DNA from: Candidatus Saccharimonadota bacterium
GTDB lineage: Bacteria > Patescibacteriota > Saccharimonadia > Saccharimonadales > UBA4665
Direction of reading: 5' to 3'
Assembly: GCA_016699935.1 (NCBI GenBank)
Contig: CP064992.1
Coordinates: 240,001 to 272,000 of the forward strand
Length of the DNA stretch: 32,000 bases
Below the pieces are notes generated by a model. The model was not told the origin of the DNA. It was given only the letters and a program-made list of their open reading frames with translations, and did no database searches. Position numbers and translations under genes: made by a program. Positions 16,501 through 26,629 of the stretch are shown piece after piece (the stretch's first letter is position 1; the number at the start of each line of letters is the position of its first letter).

Positions 16501-19500
16501 ATGAGATAGCTTGGGCATCCGTGTTGTCGAGCAAGCTGCCGAGGTCAGCCGTGTTGCCGCTGAGATAGTGAGGATGTGAGTGCCACTGTTCCAGCTGAGG
16601 GTTTGGGCATCGGTGTCTGTGTCTGTATCGGTGTCTACGTCAGCGGCACAAGCCCAGGCGGAACCGTTCCACTTGGCTATCTGGTTTGGACTACAGCTGA
16701 GACCAGCGAGGACATCAGTGTTGTCGAGGTAGCCAGACAGGTCAACACTCCCGCCATTGACGAGACTGAGGCTGTTCCCGGCTAGACCGAGTGTTTGGGC
16801 GTCGGTGTTGTCTAGATACGGGCTGAGGTCAACGGTGCCGGCATTGCCAGAAATACTGAGGATGTCACTGGCAACTGAGATAGCTTGGGTGTCGGTGTTG
16901 TCTAGATAGCCTGCGAGCGAGACAGAGTTGCCGTTGCTAATACTCAGGCTGTTAGCGGCCAGGTTGAGGTTTGCTGGTCGGTATCGGTGTCGGTGTCGAC
17001 GTCTGCGGCACAGGCCCAGGCAGAACCGTTCCACTTGGCTATCTGGTTAGGACTACAGCTGAGGCTAGCAAGGGTGTCGGTGTTGTCTAGGTAGGGACTA
17101 AGGTCTACTGTGCTAGCATTGCCGGTAATAGAGACTGTGTTGCCGGTGCGGGAGATAGCTTGAGTCTGTATTGTCGAGCAGGCTAGATAGGTCAGCCGTG
17201 TTGCCTCCGGCAATGGTAAGAATCTGTGTACCTGTGTTGTAGCTGAGTGTCTGAGCGTCGGTGTTGTCTAGATAGGGAGCCAGGTTAATGGTGCCCGGGT
17301 CACCGCTAATACTCAGGACATTGGCAACGAGGCTTAGGCTCTGGATTTCGTTCGTGATGCTACCATCGACTTCGCTGGTTAGGTAGCCGTTGTTGTTGGC
17401 GTAGGCGTCAACTTGGGCTTCGTTCAGGACGGTGTCAGTATCTACATCTGCGGCACAGGCCCAGGCAGAGCCGTTCCATTTGGCTATCTGGTTGGGTGAG
17501 CAAGATAGACCAGCTAGTACGTCGGTGTTTATGGAGGCGAGGTTAACGCCAGTGCCACCAGAAATGTTTAGTGTTGTACCGGCAAGGCTTAGGTTTTGGC
17601 TGTCGGTGTTTATGGGAGCGAGGTCGATGCTATTGCCACCAGAAATGGTCAGCGTTGTACCAACAAGTCCGACTGTCTGAGCGTCGGTGTTGTCTAGGTA
17701 GCTGGCAAGATCGACAGTAGATGCATTACCCGTAATGCTCAGGGTATTGCCTGCTTTGCTTATGGCTTGGGTGTCGGTGTTGTCTAGGTAGGGACTGAGG
17801 TCTACTGTGCCGGCACTACCGGTAATGCTAATGGTGTTGCCGGTGCGAGAGATAGTCTGAGCATCAGTGTTATCTAGCAGGCTGGATAGGTCAGCGGTAT
17901 TGCCACTAGAGATGGTTAGGATACGAGTGCCACTGTTCCAGGTGAGGGTTTGTAGCTCGTTGCTGGTGCTGCCATCAACCTCACTAGTCAGGTAGCCGTT
18001 GTTACTGACCCAAGCATCGACTTGGCCTTCATTGGTTACGGTGTCGTTATCTGCAGCACAGGCCCAGGCAGAACCATTCCATTTGGCTATCTGGCTAGTA
18101 CCACAAGCCAGGTTGGCGAGGACATCGGTGTTGTCTGAGGTAAGAGCCAGGTTAACCGAACCGCCATTTACCAGAGAGAGGGTGTTGCCTCCAAGTGAAA
18201 GTGACTGGGAGTCGGTGTTGTCTAGATACGGGCTGAGGTCAACGGTGCCGGCATTGCCAGAAATACTGAGGATGTCACTGGCAACTGAGATAGCTTGGGT
18301 GTCGGTGTTGTCTAGATAGCCTGCGAGCGAGACAGAGTTGCCGTTGCTAATACTCAGGCTGTTAGCGGCCAGGTTGAGGGTTTGCTGGTCGGTATCGGTG
18401 TCGGTGTCGACGTCTGCGGCACAGGCCCAAGCAGAGCCATTCCATTTGGCTATCTGGTTAGGACTACAGCTGAGGCTAGCAAGGGTGTCGGTGTTGTCTA
18501 GGTAGGGACTAAGGTCTACTGTGCTAGCATTGCCGGTAATAGAGACTGTGTTGCCGGTGCGGGAGATAGCTTGAGAGTCTGTATTGTCGAGCAGGCTAGA
18601 TAGGTCAGCCGTGTTGCCTCCGGCAATGGTAAGAATCTGTGTACCTGTGTTGTAGCTGAGTGTCTGAGCGTCGGTGTTGTCTAGATAGGGAGCCAGGTTA
18701 ATGGTGCCCGGGTCACCGCTAATACTCAGGACATTGGCAACGAGGCTTAGGCTCTGGATTTCGTTCGTGATGCTACCATCGACTTCGCTGGTTAGGTAGC
18801 CGTTGTTGTTGGCGTAGGCGTCAACTTGGGCTTCGTTCAGGACGGTGTCAGTATCTACATCTGCGGCACAGGCCCAGGCAGAGCCGTTCCATTTGGCTAT
18901 CTGGTTGGGTGAGCAAGATAGACCAGCTAGTACGTCGGTGTTTATGGAGGCGAGGTTAACGCCAGTGCCACCAGAAATGTTTAGTGTTGTACCGGCAAGG
19001 CTTAGGTTTTGGCTGTCGGTGTTTATGGGAGCGAGGTCGATGCTATTGCCACCAGAAATGGTCAGCGTTGTACCAACAAGTCCGACTGTCTGAGCGTCGG
19101 TGTTGTCTAGGTAGCTGGCAAGATCGACAGTAGATGCATTACCCGTAATGCTCAGGGTATTGCCTGCTTTGCTTATGGCTTGGGTGTCGGTGTTGTCTAG
19201 GTAGGGACTGAGGTCTACTGTGCCGGCACTACCGGTAATGCTAATGGTGTTGCCGGTGCGAGAGATAGTCTGAGCATCAGTGTTATCTAGCAGGCTGGAT
19301 AGGTCAGCGGTATTGCCACTAGAGATGGTTAGGATACGAGTGCCACTGTTCCAGGTGAGGGTTTGTAGCTCGTTGCTGGTGCTGCCATCAACCTCACTAG
19401 TCAGGTAGCCGTTGTTACTGACCCAAGCATCGACTTGGCCTTCATTGGTTACGGTGTCGTTATCTGCAGCACAGGCCCAGGCAGAACCATTCCATTTGGC

Positions 19501-20439
19501 TATCTGGCTAGTACCACAAGCCAGGTTGGCGAGGACATCGGTGTTGTCTGGGTAAGAAGCCAGGTTAACCGAACCGCCATTTACCAGAGAGAGGGTGTTG
19601 CCTCCAAGTGAAAGTGACTGGGAGTCGGTGTTGTCTAGATAGCCCGCAAGCGAAACGGAGTTGCCGTTTAGGATTGAGAGGTTGTTGGCTGCCAAGCTGA
19701 GCGTCTGGGCATCCGTAACCGCTGCTGGCGATGCACACGCCCAAGCACTACCATCCCACTGAGCAACCTGGCCAACCGTACAGCTTAAACTGGCTAGCAC
19801 ATCTGTGTTTATGGAAGCAAGATTGATAGTATTGCCACCACTCAATGAGAGGCTTGTCCCCGCGAGACCAAGCGTTTGATTGTCTGTATTGATAGGCGCA
19901 AGGTCTATACTGTTGCCACCAGCGATCGTCAGGATTGTTCCGGCCAAACCGACAGTTTGGGCGTCGGTGTTGTCCAGATAGCTACTAAGATCGACTGTCT
20001 GGGCAACGCCCGACAGTGCCAGTTTATTGCCCGTTTTTGAAAGCACCTGAGGATCCGACACTGCCGTAGTTAAGCTACCCAAGGTAACACTATTGCCGTT
20101 TGAAATACTGAGTACGCGCGTTTGCTCGTCCCATGACAGCACTTGACTGTTAGTTCCGCCCCCTGAAGCCTGAAGGTACGACCCCAGTTCGCCGTTTGCC
20201 TGAAGTTGTTCGAGGCCCATTTTGAGCTCAGCCGCTTGCTGCAATTTCTGTTGGGCAGTGATCTTTGAGTTCGCATTGCCAAGCCCACGCAAGTTTGATA
20301 TCGGATTACCAAACCGAGGATAAAACGTAAAAAGAATTAAAAAAACAATTACGGCCGTCGGTACCATGCGACTAAAGACGTATCGCCAGCGAAGCGTCTC
20401 ATTTTGCTGGTTTTTTGCTTGCGCTGAATCTGTTATCAT
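13600..20439 (-). CDS. giant repetitive surface protein (about 2280 aa if the frames are joined): N-terminal TM anchor, DNTD-type short repeats, at least 12 Cys-pair modules, C-terminal LamG/ConA-like domain. The largest intact ORFs are 17113..20439 and 13600..14922; about 7 frameshifts lie between 14900 and 17200
   Basis: N-terminal TM VPTAVIVFLILFTF. The unit GNT(L)SI(T)G(N)AS(T)VDL(S/A)xYLDNTD(A/T/S)Q recurs dozens of times. The module L(A)xLSC(S)PNQIAKWNGSAWACAADVDTD recurs at least 12 times. The C-terminus WYKLRVEVNSAGTLVTYYINGTNVG is typical of concanavalin/LamG jelly-rolls. ORFs 16944..17213, 16498..17034, 15806..16534, 14882..15124 and unlisted pieces carry the same repeats in shifted frames. 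Confidence 0.75.
16801..19640. repeat. two near-identical tandem copies of a ~1413-bp (471-codon) unit inside the giant gene; more diverged copies extend down to about 15300
   Basis: Identical 82-aa antisense ORFs at 17432..17680 and 18845..19093 (offset 1413). A line-by-line comparison shows identity, apart from a 2-nt (about 17165) and a 1-nt (about 16975) deletion in the lower copy. 15521-15640 matches 16775-16894 at an offset of about 1254. Confidence 0.9.
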
Positions 20440-20576
20440 GTCGGTTTTTTAGCTTATGGGTATGTGTTTACTAAGTGCTGTAAAAAATTATACGCTTATG
20501 GCTATTTTTTGCAACTTAATAACAGGGGTCTATCGTAGTAGTTTTTACTTCATAATATTGTCGACATCGGCATGAG

Positions 20577-21325
20577 TTACGCAGAATTTTTTATGAATGC
20601 AATTTCTATGGAAATTTTCATAGATGCATTGGGCTGCAATTGCGTTGCCAGATTATCCGTGAGGTACCCGCTCTCAGTTGGTTCGACACATAAAAAGTCT
20701 GCTGGAGATTCGCTCCATATAGCAAAGAGTGGTAATCCTTCCCCCGAAATTGTCCATGTTCCCTGAGACGTTTTGAGAATTGCCGTAGATCCGACGCTGT
20801 CAATTTTCTGCGTCGCCAGAAGCCCTTCGGTGGTAAAACTATAACTCCGTCCGTCAATAGTTACCTCTGCCTGCTCCGCAGACGCATCTGCGAGTACCGG
20901 AAAGTATGGGTGAAAGGCAGGGTTTACGGCAAATGGTTCGATGCCGATATTTCGGATGGTTAGCGTTTCACAGAGACCGCTTTCGAGCAGCTCTAGGTCA
21001 AGCTCCATTCCGCAGCCAGCGTACACTGGCGGCAGACTTTCCACCTGGGACGACGGATTATCCAGAGATAGCTTCACCTGGGATTCTTTTTGCTCCTCTA
21101 CCACCCACGTGCAGTTTCGGGCAAACCCGTGCTGGTTCAACCCTACTGTTTCACCCGGCCCGAAGATAGGCGCACAAACTGGTATGCCACCGCGGTTTTT
21201 ACCACTAGGCATATTCCGCCGTGCAAAAAGCTCCGTCCCGTCGGCCGCCGTCCACGACTCCACAAACGCCCCCTCTCGGGGTTAATCGTAGCTTTTGTGC
21301 CAGATTTATGGATTAACTCAAGCAT
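20577..21325 (-). CDS. aldose 1-epimerase / hexose-6-phosphate mutarotase family protein (one apparent frameshift)
   Basis: GGIPVCAPIFGP..LNQHGFARNCTW is the YeaD-type signature. The N-terminus MLELIHKSGTKATINPERG is in another frame, with the switch at the C5 run 21269-21273. Confidence 0.7.
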
Positions 21326-21344
21326 CAGACCTTATTTTTAGTAA

Positions 21345-22857
21345 CTACTTGGCGAATTCGATGGCGCGGGTTTCACGTATGACGTTGACTTTGATGGTAC
21401 CTGGGTAGTTCATGCTGCTTTCGATCTTGGTCGCGATGTCTCGAGCCAAGCGTATGGCACTAAGGTCATCAATCTGCTGTGGCCGCACAAAAACTCGGAC
21501 TTCACGGCCAGCGCTGATGGCATAGGACTTTTCGATACCTGGGAAACCATTGGCAATGTTTTCCAGCTCTTTCATGCGCTCACCGAAGTTTTCGGCTGAA
21601 ATGTTTCGCGCACCAGGTCGAGCTGCCGATATCGCATCGCATACACGGACAATTAGTGCTTCGACGCTTGTGGCCTCTACATCATCATGATGTTGTTCGG
21701 CTGCCAATGCAACTTCTTCTGGCGCACCGTATTTTCGCAGCATTTCACCTGATATGTGGTGGTGTTTGCCTTCTATTTTGTGTGTCAGTGCCTTGCCCAT
21801 GTCGTGCATAAGCGTGGCGTATTTGGTTACTTGTACGTTGGCTCCCAACTCTTCAGCCAGCATACCGGCCATGTGAGCCATTTCGGTGCTATGTTTGAGA
21901 ACGTTTTGGCCATAACTGGTTCGGAAACGCAACTCACCGAGTAGGTGCAGCAGTTCTTTTGGTATGCCGAGCACTCCAACCTCACGGGCGGCATCTTCAC
22001 CAGCCCGAACAACGTCTTTTTCGACATTTTTCTGAGCTTTTTCGACAACTTCTTCTATACGACCTGGGTGAACACGACCGTCTTTTAGTAGTAGTTCGAG
22101 TGCCTGGCGAGCCACTTCGCGGCGGACAGGGTCAAAACAGCTTAGGACTATGTAGCCAGGTGTATCATCAACCATTATGTCGACACCAGTAGCTCGCTGT
22201 AGCGCCTGGATATTACGACCTTCTTTGCCGATAATTCGACCCTTCATTTCCTCGTCTTCCAGCTTGACGCTGGTGAGAGTTCGCTCGGCGGTAACTTCGC
22301 TACTCATGCGCTCCATAGCTGTCACGATCAGTACACCCGCTTGGTCTTCGGCAGTTTCTTTGGCTTCGTTTTGCATCTTGGCGATCAGACCTGTTAGATC
22401 ATTTTTGATATCGCGCTCGGTCATTTGCATCAGCTTTTCGGCAGCATCGGCCTTGCTGAGCTTGGCAATTTTCTCTAGTTTTTCTTGTTGTTTGACGCGA
22501 ATATCACGTATTTCGTTTTTCAGCGCTTCAACTTCATCCTCGCCAGCACGTAGTTTTTCACTTCGTTTATCGAGCTCGTCGAGCTTTTTGTCGAGCGTGG
22601 TTTCGCGCTGAACGAGACGGTTTTCAAGATCTTTGAGCTCGTTACGACGTGTCTGTTCCTCTTTACGTGCCTCATCAGCCACCTTACGAGCCTCTTCACG
22701 GGCTTCATCGACTAGTTTATCGGCTTCTTTTTTGGCCTTAGCAAGTTCTTTGTTTGCTTTATCATCAGCTTCGGCTGACTTTTTTGCTTAGGTATGTACT
22801 GCCACCATAGCCAAGGCCAAGCCCTGCTACCGCGAGCAATATGGTAATTGGTTCCAT
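21345..22857 (-). CDS. rny: ribonuclease Y (one apparent frameshift near the N-terminus)
   Basis: KH domain GKEGRNIQALQRATGVDIMVDD; HD domain HSTEMAHMAGMLAEELG..LMHDMGKA. The N-terminal TM MEPITILLAVAGLGLGYGG starts at 22857 and joins the main ORF (21345..22682) after a shift at the T6 run 22780-22785. Confidence 0.9.
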
Positions 22858-22994
22858 GCTCTTCCCTTTCGTTCAGCTGAGTTCACTGGCAACGTTCGCT
22901 ATCACTTCTCTAGTTGCACGCCTGAACCCACCAGATTTCGTATAAAATTGACAAATGTTGGCTTCCTCGAAAACTCCTAGAATGCCTATCATAA

Positions 22995-23024
22995 ATAATA
23001 CGCCGTTTTGTTACCCAACGTCAA
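22995..23024 (-). promoter_or_regulatory. candidate sigma70-type promoter for rny (TTGACG - 18 nt - TATTAT) with a ~130-nt leader
   Basis: Hexamers read on the minus strand at 23019-23024 and 22995-23000. An AAAGGGAAG Shine-Dalgarno sequence lies before the ATG. Not validated. Confidence 0.35.
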
Positions 23025-24016
23025 TTATTGCAAGACTGCGTAGACAATTAGGCGCTGTTTGAGCGAGAACGTCCCGGAACTTGGCTACCCGCGCACGTGA
23101 TGAGCGTTAGCCCAGGCTTCGCTGTATCGGTGGAAACAAGCAAACGCGTCATGTCCACCTTATCCTTGTCGACGACCTGGACGTCGGCTACCTTGTATGT
23201 AAATACTTGTCCGTCGCCACGCTTAACCGATACATCGTCGCCAGCCACTAGCTTTGTTAGGTCATGGAAGATGCCCTGTGTCGCACCGATGCCCGAGTGC
23301 CCGTCTATGAGCATGGCTCCATTTTCTCCCGGCCGTGATGAGGCATTGTACCAGCCAGCATCGTAAATCCCGTACGGTGCTTGCAGCTCATTTTTCCGAT
23401 CAACCCCATGGATAGCACCCGGGCATGAACTTTCAGCTTTGGTATGTCTATGTAGCGCGGATTGACTGGCGACACAGCGTAACTTCGAACTGCCGCAGTC
23501 GATGGCTTTTCGGTCGATGGCGGAACTGTTTCATCAGTAGTGCCGGTTGTGTCGCCTTTAACTTGTGCGTGTTTCTGAAGCGTTTCAACCTGCACTGCTA
23601 CCTGTTTATTCACGTAAAGTCCACCTAGCCCAACGTACAAGCCCAGGCCAAATACCACAACTGCTGCCGCATACATGAATGTCTGTTTACGGAACAGCAC
23701 TTTTAGTTTTTCTTCGCCGTTTGGTTTTGGTGGATTTTGCCACACTGACATCTTGACGAGGCTGAATGGTTGCAGCGCTCTGAGCACTGTGTGGTCTCAT
23801 ATGCTTTGGCTTGACGTCCATATACTGACGGCTTACAAGTTTTTTACCAGTGTTTTGAAAAGAAATCTTTGGGTGCGACGGTTGTCTTCGGACTGCCGCA
23901 ATATCTTGGATGGTCCGCGTTTGCACCGGTCGTGGCACATAGGCAACACTACGGCGCTTATACCGTAGTGTTCCTGTGAAAACCTGATTGTCGAGCGTCA
24001 AACGCGCTTGCGACAT
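23025..24016 (-). pseudogene. sortase with a long N-terminal region and TM anchor; at least 3 frameshifts as sequenced
   Basis: TM FMYAAAVVVFGLGLYVGLGGL; IDIPKLKVHARV; His motif AMLIDGHSG; Cys motif LTLITCAG. The typical C-terminal RLIVYAVLQ is reached only after another shift (stop at 23025). It lies directly downstream of the putative substrate gene 24038..25648. Confidence 0.7.
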
Positions 24017-24037
24017 TGTATCTTCCTTTTTCGCTGT

Positions 24038-25648
24038 TTATTTACGTCGTCGAGCGTGTGCACGTGCAGGCGCAGGGCGAGTCTTGCGAGCCACACCTAT
24101 CAGTAGGAGTGCTGCCCCAGCAGTAACGACGAGAGTCAATACTGGATTGACACTAATGAGGGCAAAGCCCGTGTCTGGGGCTGTTGGCTGGTTCTGGACA
24201 GTTAGGGTCACGTCGTTTCCAGTACCGCCAACGTAGCTGATCTTAAACACCACACCATTTTGTGTAAATGTCGCACCTTCCGGAAGATCCTTAAACGTTC
24301 CTTGGATTGCTTGAGTACCAGCAACGTCGATGATAGTGAATACCTGTCCCTGCTTTGGCGTATAACCATTGTAGCGAGAAGTCGCCAGTGCTGCGTTTGC
24401 CCCGATAATAGTCGTTGGCGTTGTAGAAGTTGTGTTTGTTACCTTCAGCTGGTCATAACCAGTACAGGCATCAGTCCCGCCTAGCTCAAACTGATAAGTT
24501 CCGCTCAATGACATCGTATCTGAAGCTATGCATCCTGGACTATTGCCAGGAGCTACAGATGCACCCTCATTGATAAAGAGATTGAATATTTTTACACCAG
24601 TACCCTTCAATATCCCCCCAGCATATACGTTTATGCCTGAACGCTCACACCCATCATGAACAATGTATGTCTCATTTTGAGCGACATACACAAATTCCAA
24701 GGTATTTTTATCTGAACACTCGGTGGTCTTAACGGGCTGTACCACTGCCGTTCCGCCCACATTGAGCGTTCCTGAGCTCTCTGCAGTTTTAGTCAACTTT
24801 CCGCCTGTGACCGTCCCAGTCACATTCAAGGTAACTCCGTCTCCGACTCCTACGGCTGTATCGCCCGCCAATGTTATAGGATTACTCTGCGTATAGGTTA
24901 TAGGCTGGGTTGACAAACAGCTCATTCCCTGCCATTGTGTGCAATACGCCTCAAAGTCAATTCTTGAAGCAGTTGTGACGAGTTGTATTGGGAACGGTAG
25001 GGTCTTTGATGACATAGACACTGACGGGTAGTAGCGCACTATCATATCGTCACCAATCTTCAGGGCACCAATATTAGAAGTTTCGTCCATATATGTAACA
25101 CTTGGATTCAATAGATCATTGTCTTCTAAGGTCAGTGTTCCATCAATGTTATATTTTGTGTTTACCATGCCTTTGATTGTTACTGAGCCAGTGCTGGTAA
25201 TCGAGCCTTGAGTAAGACCGCCTTCTATCGAACCGGTTGCAACGTTAATGCCCAACTCCCCATTCGAACCCCTTGTTACATCTATAATCGCACCATCAGC
25301 CATTTTCAAGGTGCTAATCTGTATCCCGTAAACGTTGTTAGTGGTGATTGTACCCTTTGTCGTTTGAACTCCACCCAAGGCAACCGTCAAATCATTAATA
25401 ATTTCAGTTGCTGCAACATCTGGGAAAACGTCACTATTAAATGAAACTATATCGCCAGCCAGAGGCGCAGCACCACCACAGCCTGACCAGTTGGCTACGG
25501 TGCTAAATTTGTTGTCTGCGCCGCTGCCGGTCCAAGTACAGGTTTGGACGGCGGCATGGGCGATGCCCGTGAAGCCCATGGTTAGTAGCGTTGATAGCGA
25601 TAATACCGCTACGCTGGTGCCAGATACTACACGTCTGAGTAAATGCAT
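24038..25648 (-). CDS. secreted beta-strand-repeat surface protein with a C-terminal sortase-type sorting signal (APDTG + TM + basic tail)
   Basis: Signal peptide ..LLTMGFTGIAHA. The opening CTWTGSGADNKFSTVANWSG..PLAGDIVSF is like autotransporter-associated beta-strand repeat proteins, and FKISYVGGTGNDVTLTV fits the same type. The C-terminus is QPTAPDTG-FALISVNPVLTLVVTAGAALLLIGVA-RKTRPAPARAHARRRK. Confidence 0.7.
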   Translation of the reverse strand: MHLLRRVVSGTSVAVLSLSTLLTMGFTGIAHAAVQTCTWTGSGADNKFSTVANWSGCGGAAPLAGDIVSFNSDVFPDVAATEIINDLTVALGGVQTTKGTITTNNVYGIQISTLKMADGAIIDVTRGSNGELGINVATGSIEGGLTQGSITSTGSVTIKGMVNTKYNIDGTLTLEDNDLLNPSVTYMDETSNIGALKIGDDMIVRYYPSVSMSSKTLPFPIQLVTTASRIDFEAYCTQWQGMSCLSTQPITYTQSNPITLAGDTAVGVGDGVTLNVTGTVTGGKLTKTAESSGTLNVGGTAVVQPVKTTECSDKNTLEFVYVAQNETYIVHDGCERSGINVYAGGILKGTGVKIFNLFINEGASVAPGNSPGCIASDTMSLSGTYQFELGGTDACTGYDQLKVTNTTSTTPTTIIGANAALATSRYNGYTPKQGQVFTIIDVAGTQAIQGTFKDLPEGATFTQNGVVFKISYVGGTGNDVTLTVQNQPTAPDTGFALISVNPVLTLVVTAGAALLLIGVARKTRPAPARAHARRRK

Positions 25649-25760
25649 TTGTTTTGTATTCCTTGTTTTTATGTTTTATTAGCTGAATATAACTATAAGC
25701 TTTTTAGTCTTACAATCAACAACTTAATATAATCTCTGTGGATAACTTTCTGGTTTTTGC

Positions 25761-26153
25761 CTACTTTTTGGGCGGTGTTATGTGTACTTCAGCACCGTAA
25801 AAAGGCAGCGCTAATGTGTCATTTTCACCGCGGATGAGCCTGGCTACCCCTGTTTCTATCCACCTGGGATTTTGCGTGGCAACAATTGGTACCGATAGCC
25901 CTTGTGCCAAAGCATTGGATACGGTCAGGCCAATCCGAAGTCCCGTGAAACTGCCTGGCCCTTGAAAAACGACAAGCCCTGTTATGTCGTGCCAGTCTTT
26001 TGCTTGGCTATCAAGTAGTTGTTTGATTTTGAGGTGTATTGTTTCGGCTAGCTGGCGGTGGGCTGTCCATTTTTCGTATACTAGTTGTTTATCATCGTCA
26101 TATAAACCTACTTCGGCTTCGGGGTTATCGGTGCGCAAAGTTAGGATTATCAT
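25761..26153 (-). CDS. tsaB: tRNA t6A biosynthesis protein TsaB (short, N-terminal-domain-only form, 130 aa)
   Basis: VVFQGPGSFTGLRIGLTVSNALAQGLSVPIV is the YeaZ/TsaB core. Overlaps tsaE by 4 nt. Confidence 0.7.
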   Translation of the reverse strand: MIILTLRTDNPEAEVGLYDDDKQLVYEKWTAHRQLAETIHLKIKQLLDSQAKDWHDITGLVVFQGPGSFTGLRIGLTVSNALAQGLSVPIVATQNPRWIETGVARLIRGENDTLALPFYGAEVHITPPKK

Positions 26154-26629
26154 GTGTTAATATCCTCAAATAAATATGCTTGTTCGGAGTTATAGCTGCA
26201 AAAAAATTCCCGTGATTCATCGCCTATTTGATCGATGCGTATGGTTACCCGATTTTGCGGCAAAACCTCCTGAACAATTTCACCCCACTCAACCAGCACG
26301 ACAAAGTGTGGGTCACCAAGGTATTCGCGTAATTCTTCGGCCACAACACCAGCTTCAGCGAGACGATAAAAGTCGAAGTGGATGATGGTAAATTGCGGTG
26401 TTTTATATTCGCGACTAATGCTAAACGTTGGGCTGGCCACTCTATCTGTGCTACCGGCGCCCCGTGCTAGACCACGCACTAACGTCGTCTTGCCACCGCC
26501 CAAGTCGCTCACAAGCTCAATCACCTCACCGCCTTTCAGCCGCGCGCCTGTAGCTTCACCGAACGCCTCAGTGTCGACGGAGCTTGTGGAATGCATTTGC
26601 CAGGTCTTTTCGGTAGACATATGCTCCAT
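26150..26629 (-). CDS. tsaE: tRNA t6A biosynthesis ATPase TsaE
   Basis: Walker A LVSDLGGGKTTLVRGL, SPTFSISREY, HFDFYRL. The start could be an internal ATG (26620 or 26596). Confidence 0.85.
   Translation of the reverse strand: MEHMSTEKTWQMHSTSSVDTEAFGEATGARLKGGEVIELVSDLGGGKTTLVRGLARGAGSTDRVASPTFSISREYKTPQFTIIHFDFYRLAEAGVVAEELREYLGDPHFVVLVEWGEIVQEVLPQNRVTIRIDQIGDESREFFCSYNSEQAYLFEDINT

Noticed and set aside
14369-19093. Plus-strand ORFs inside the giant gene (for example 14369..14926, 16167..16445, 17432..17680, 17999..18319, 18845..19093)
   Set aside because: They are antisense shadows of the minus-strand repeat gene. They have low-complexity Ser/Val/Pro-rich translations, and they duplicate exactly because the underlying coding repeats duplicate.
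13600-20439. CRISPR array or other non-coding repeat array
   Set aside because: The repeats are long, in phase with an open reading frame, and encode a consistent peptide repeat. There is no repeat-spacer architecture.
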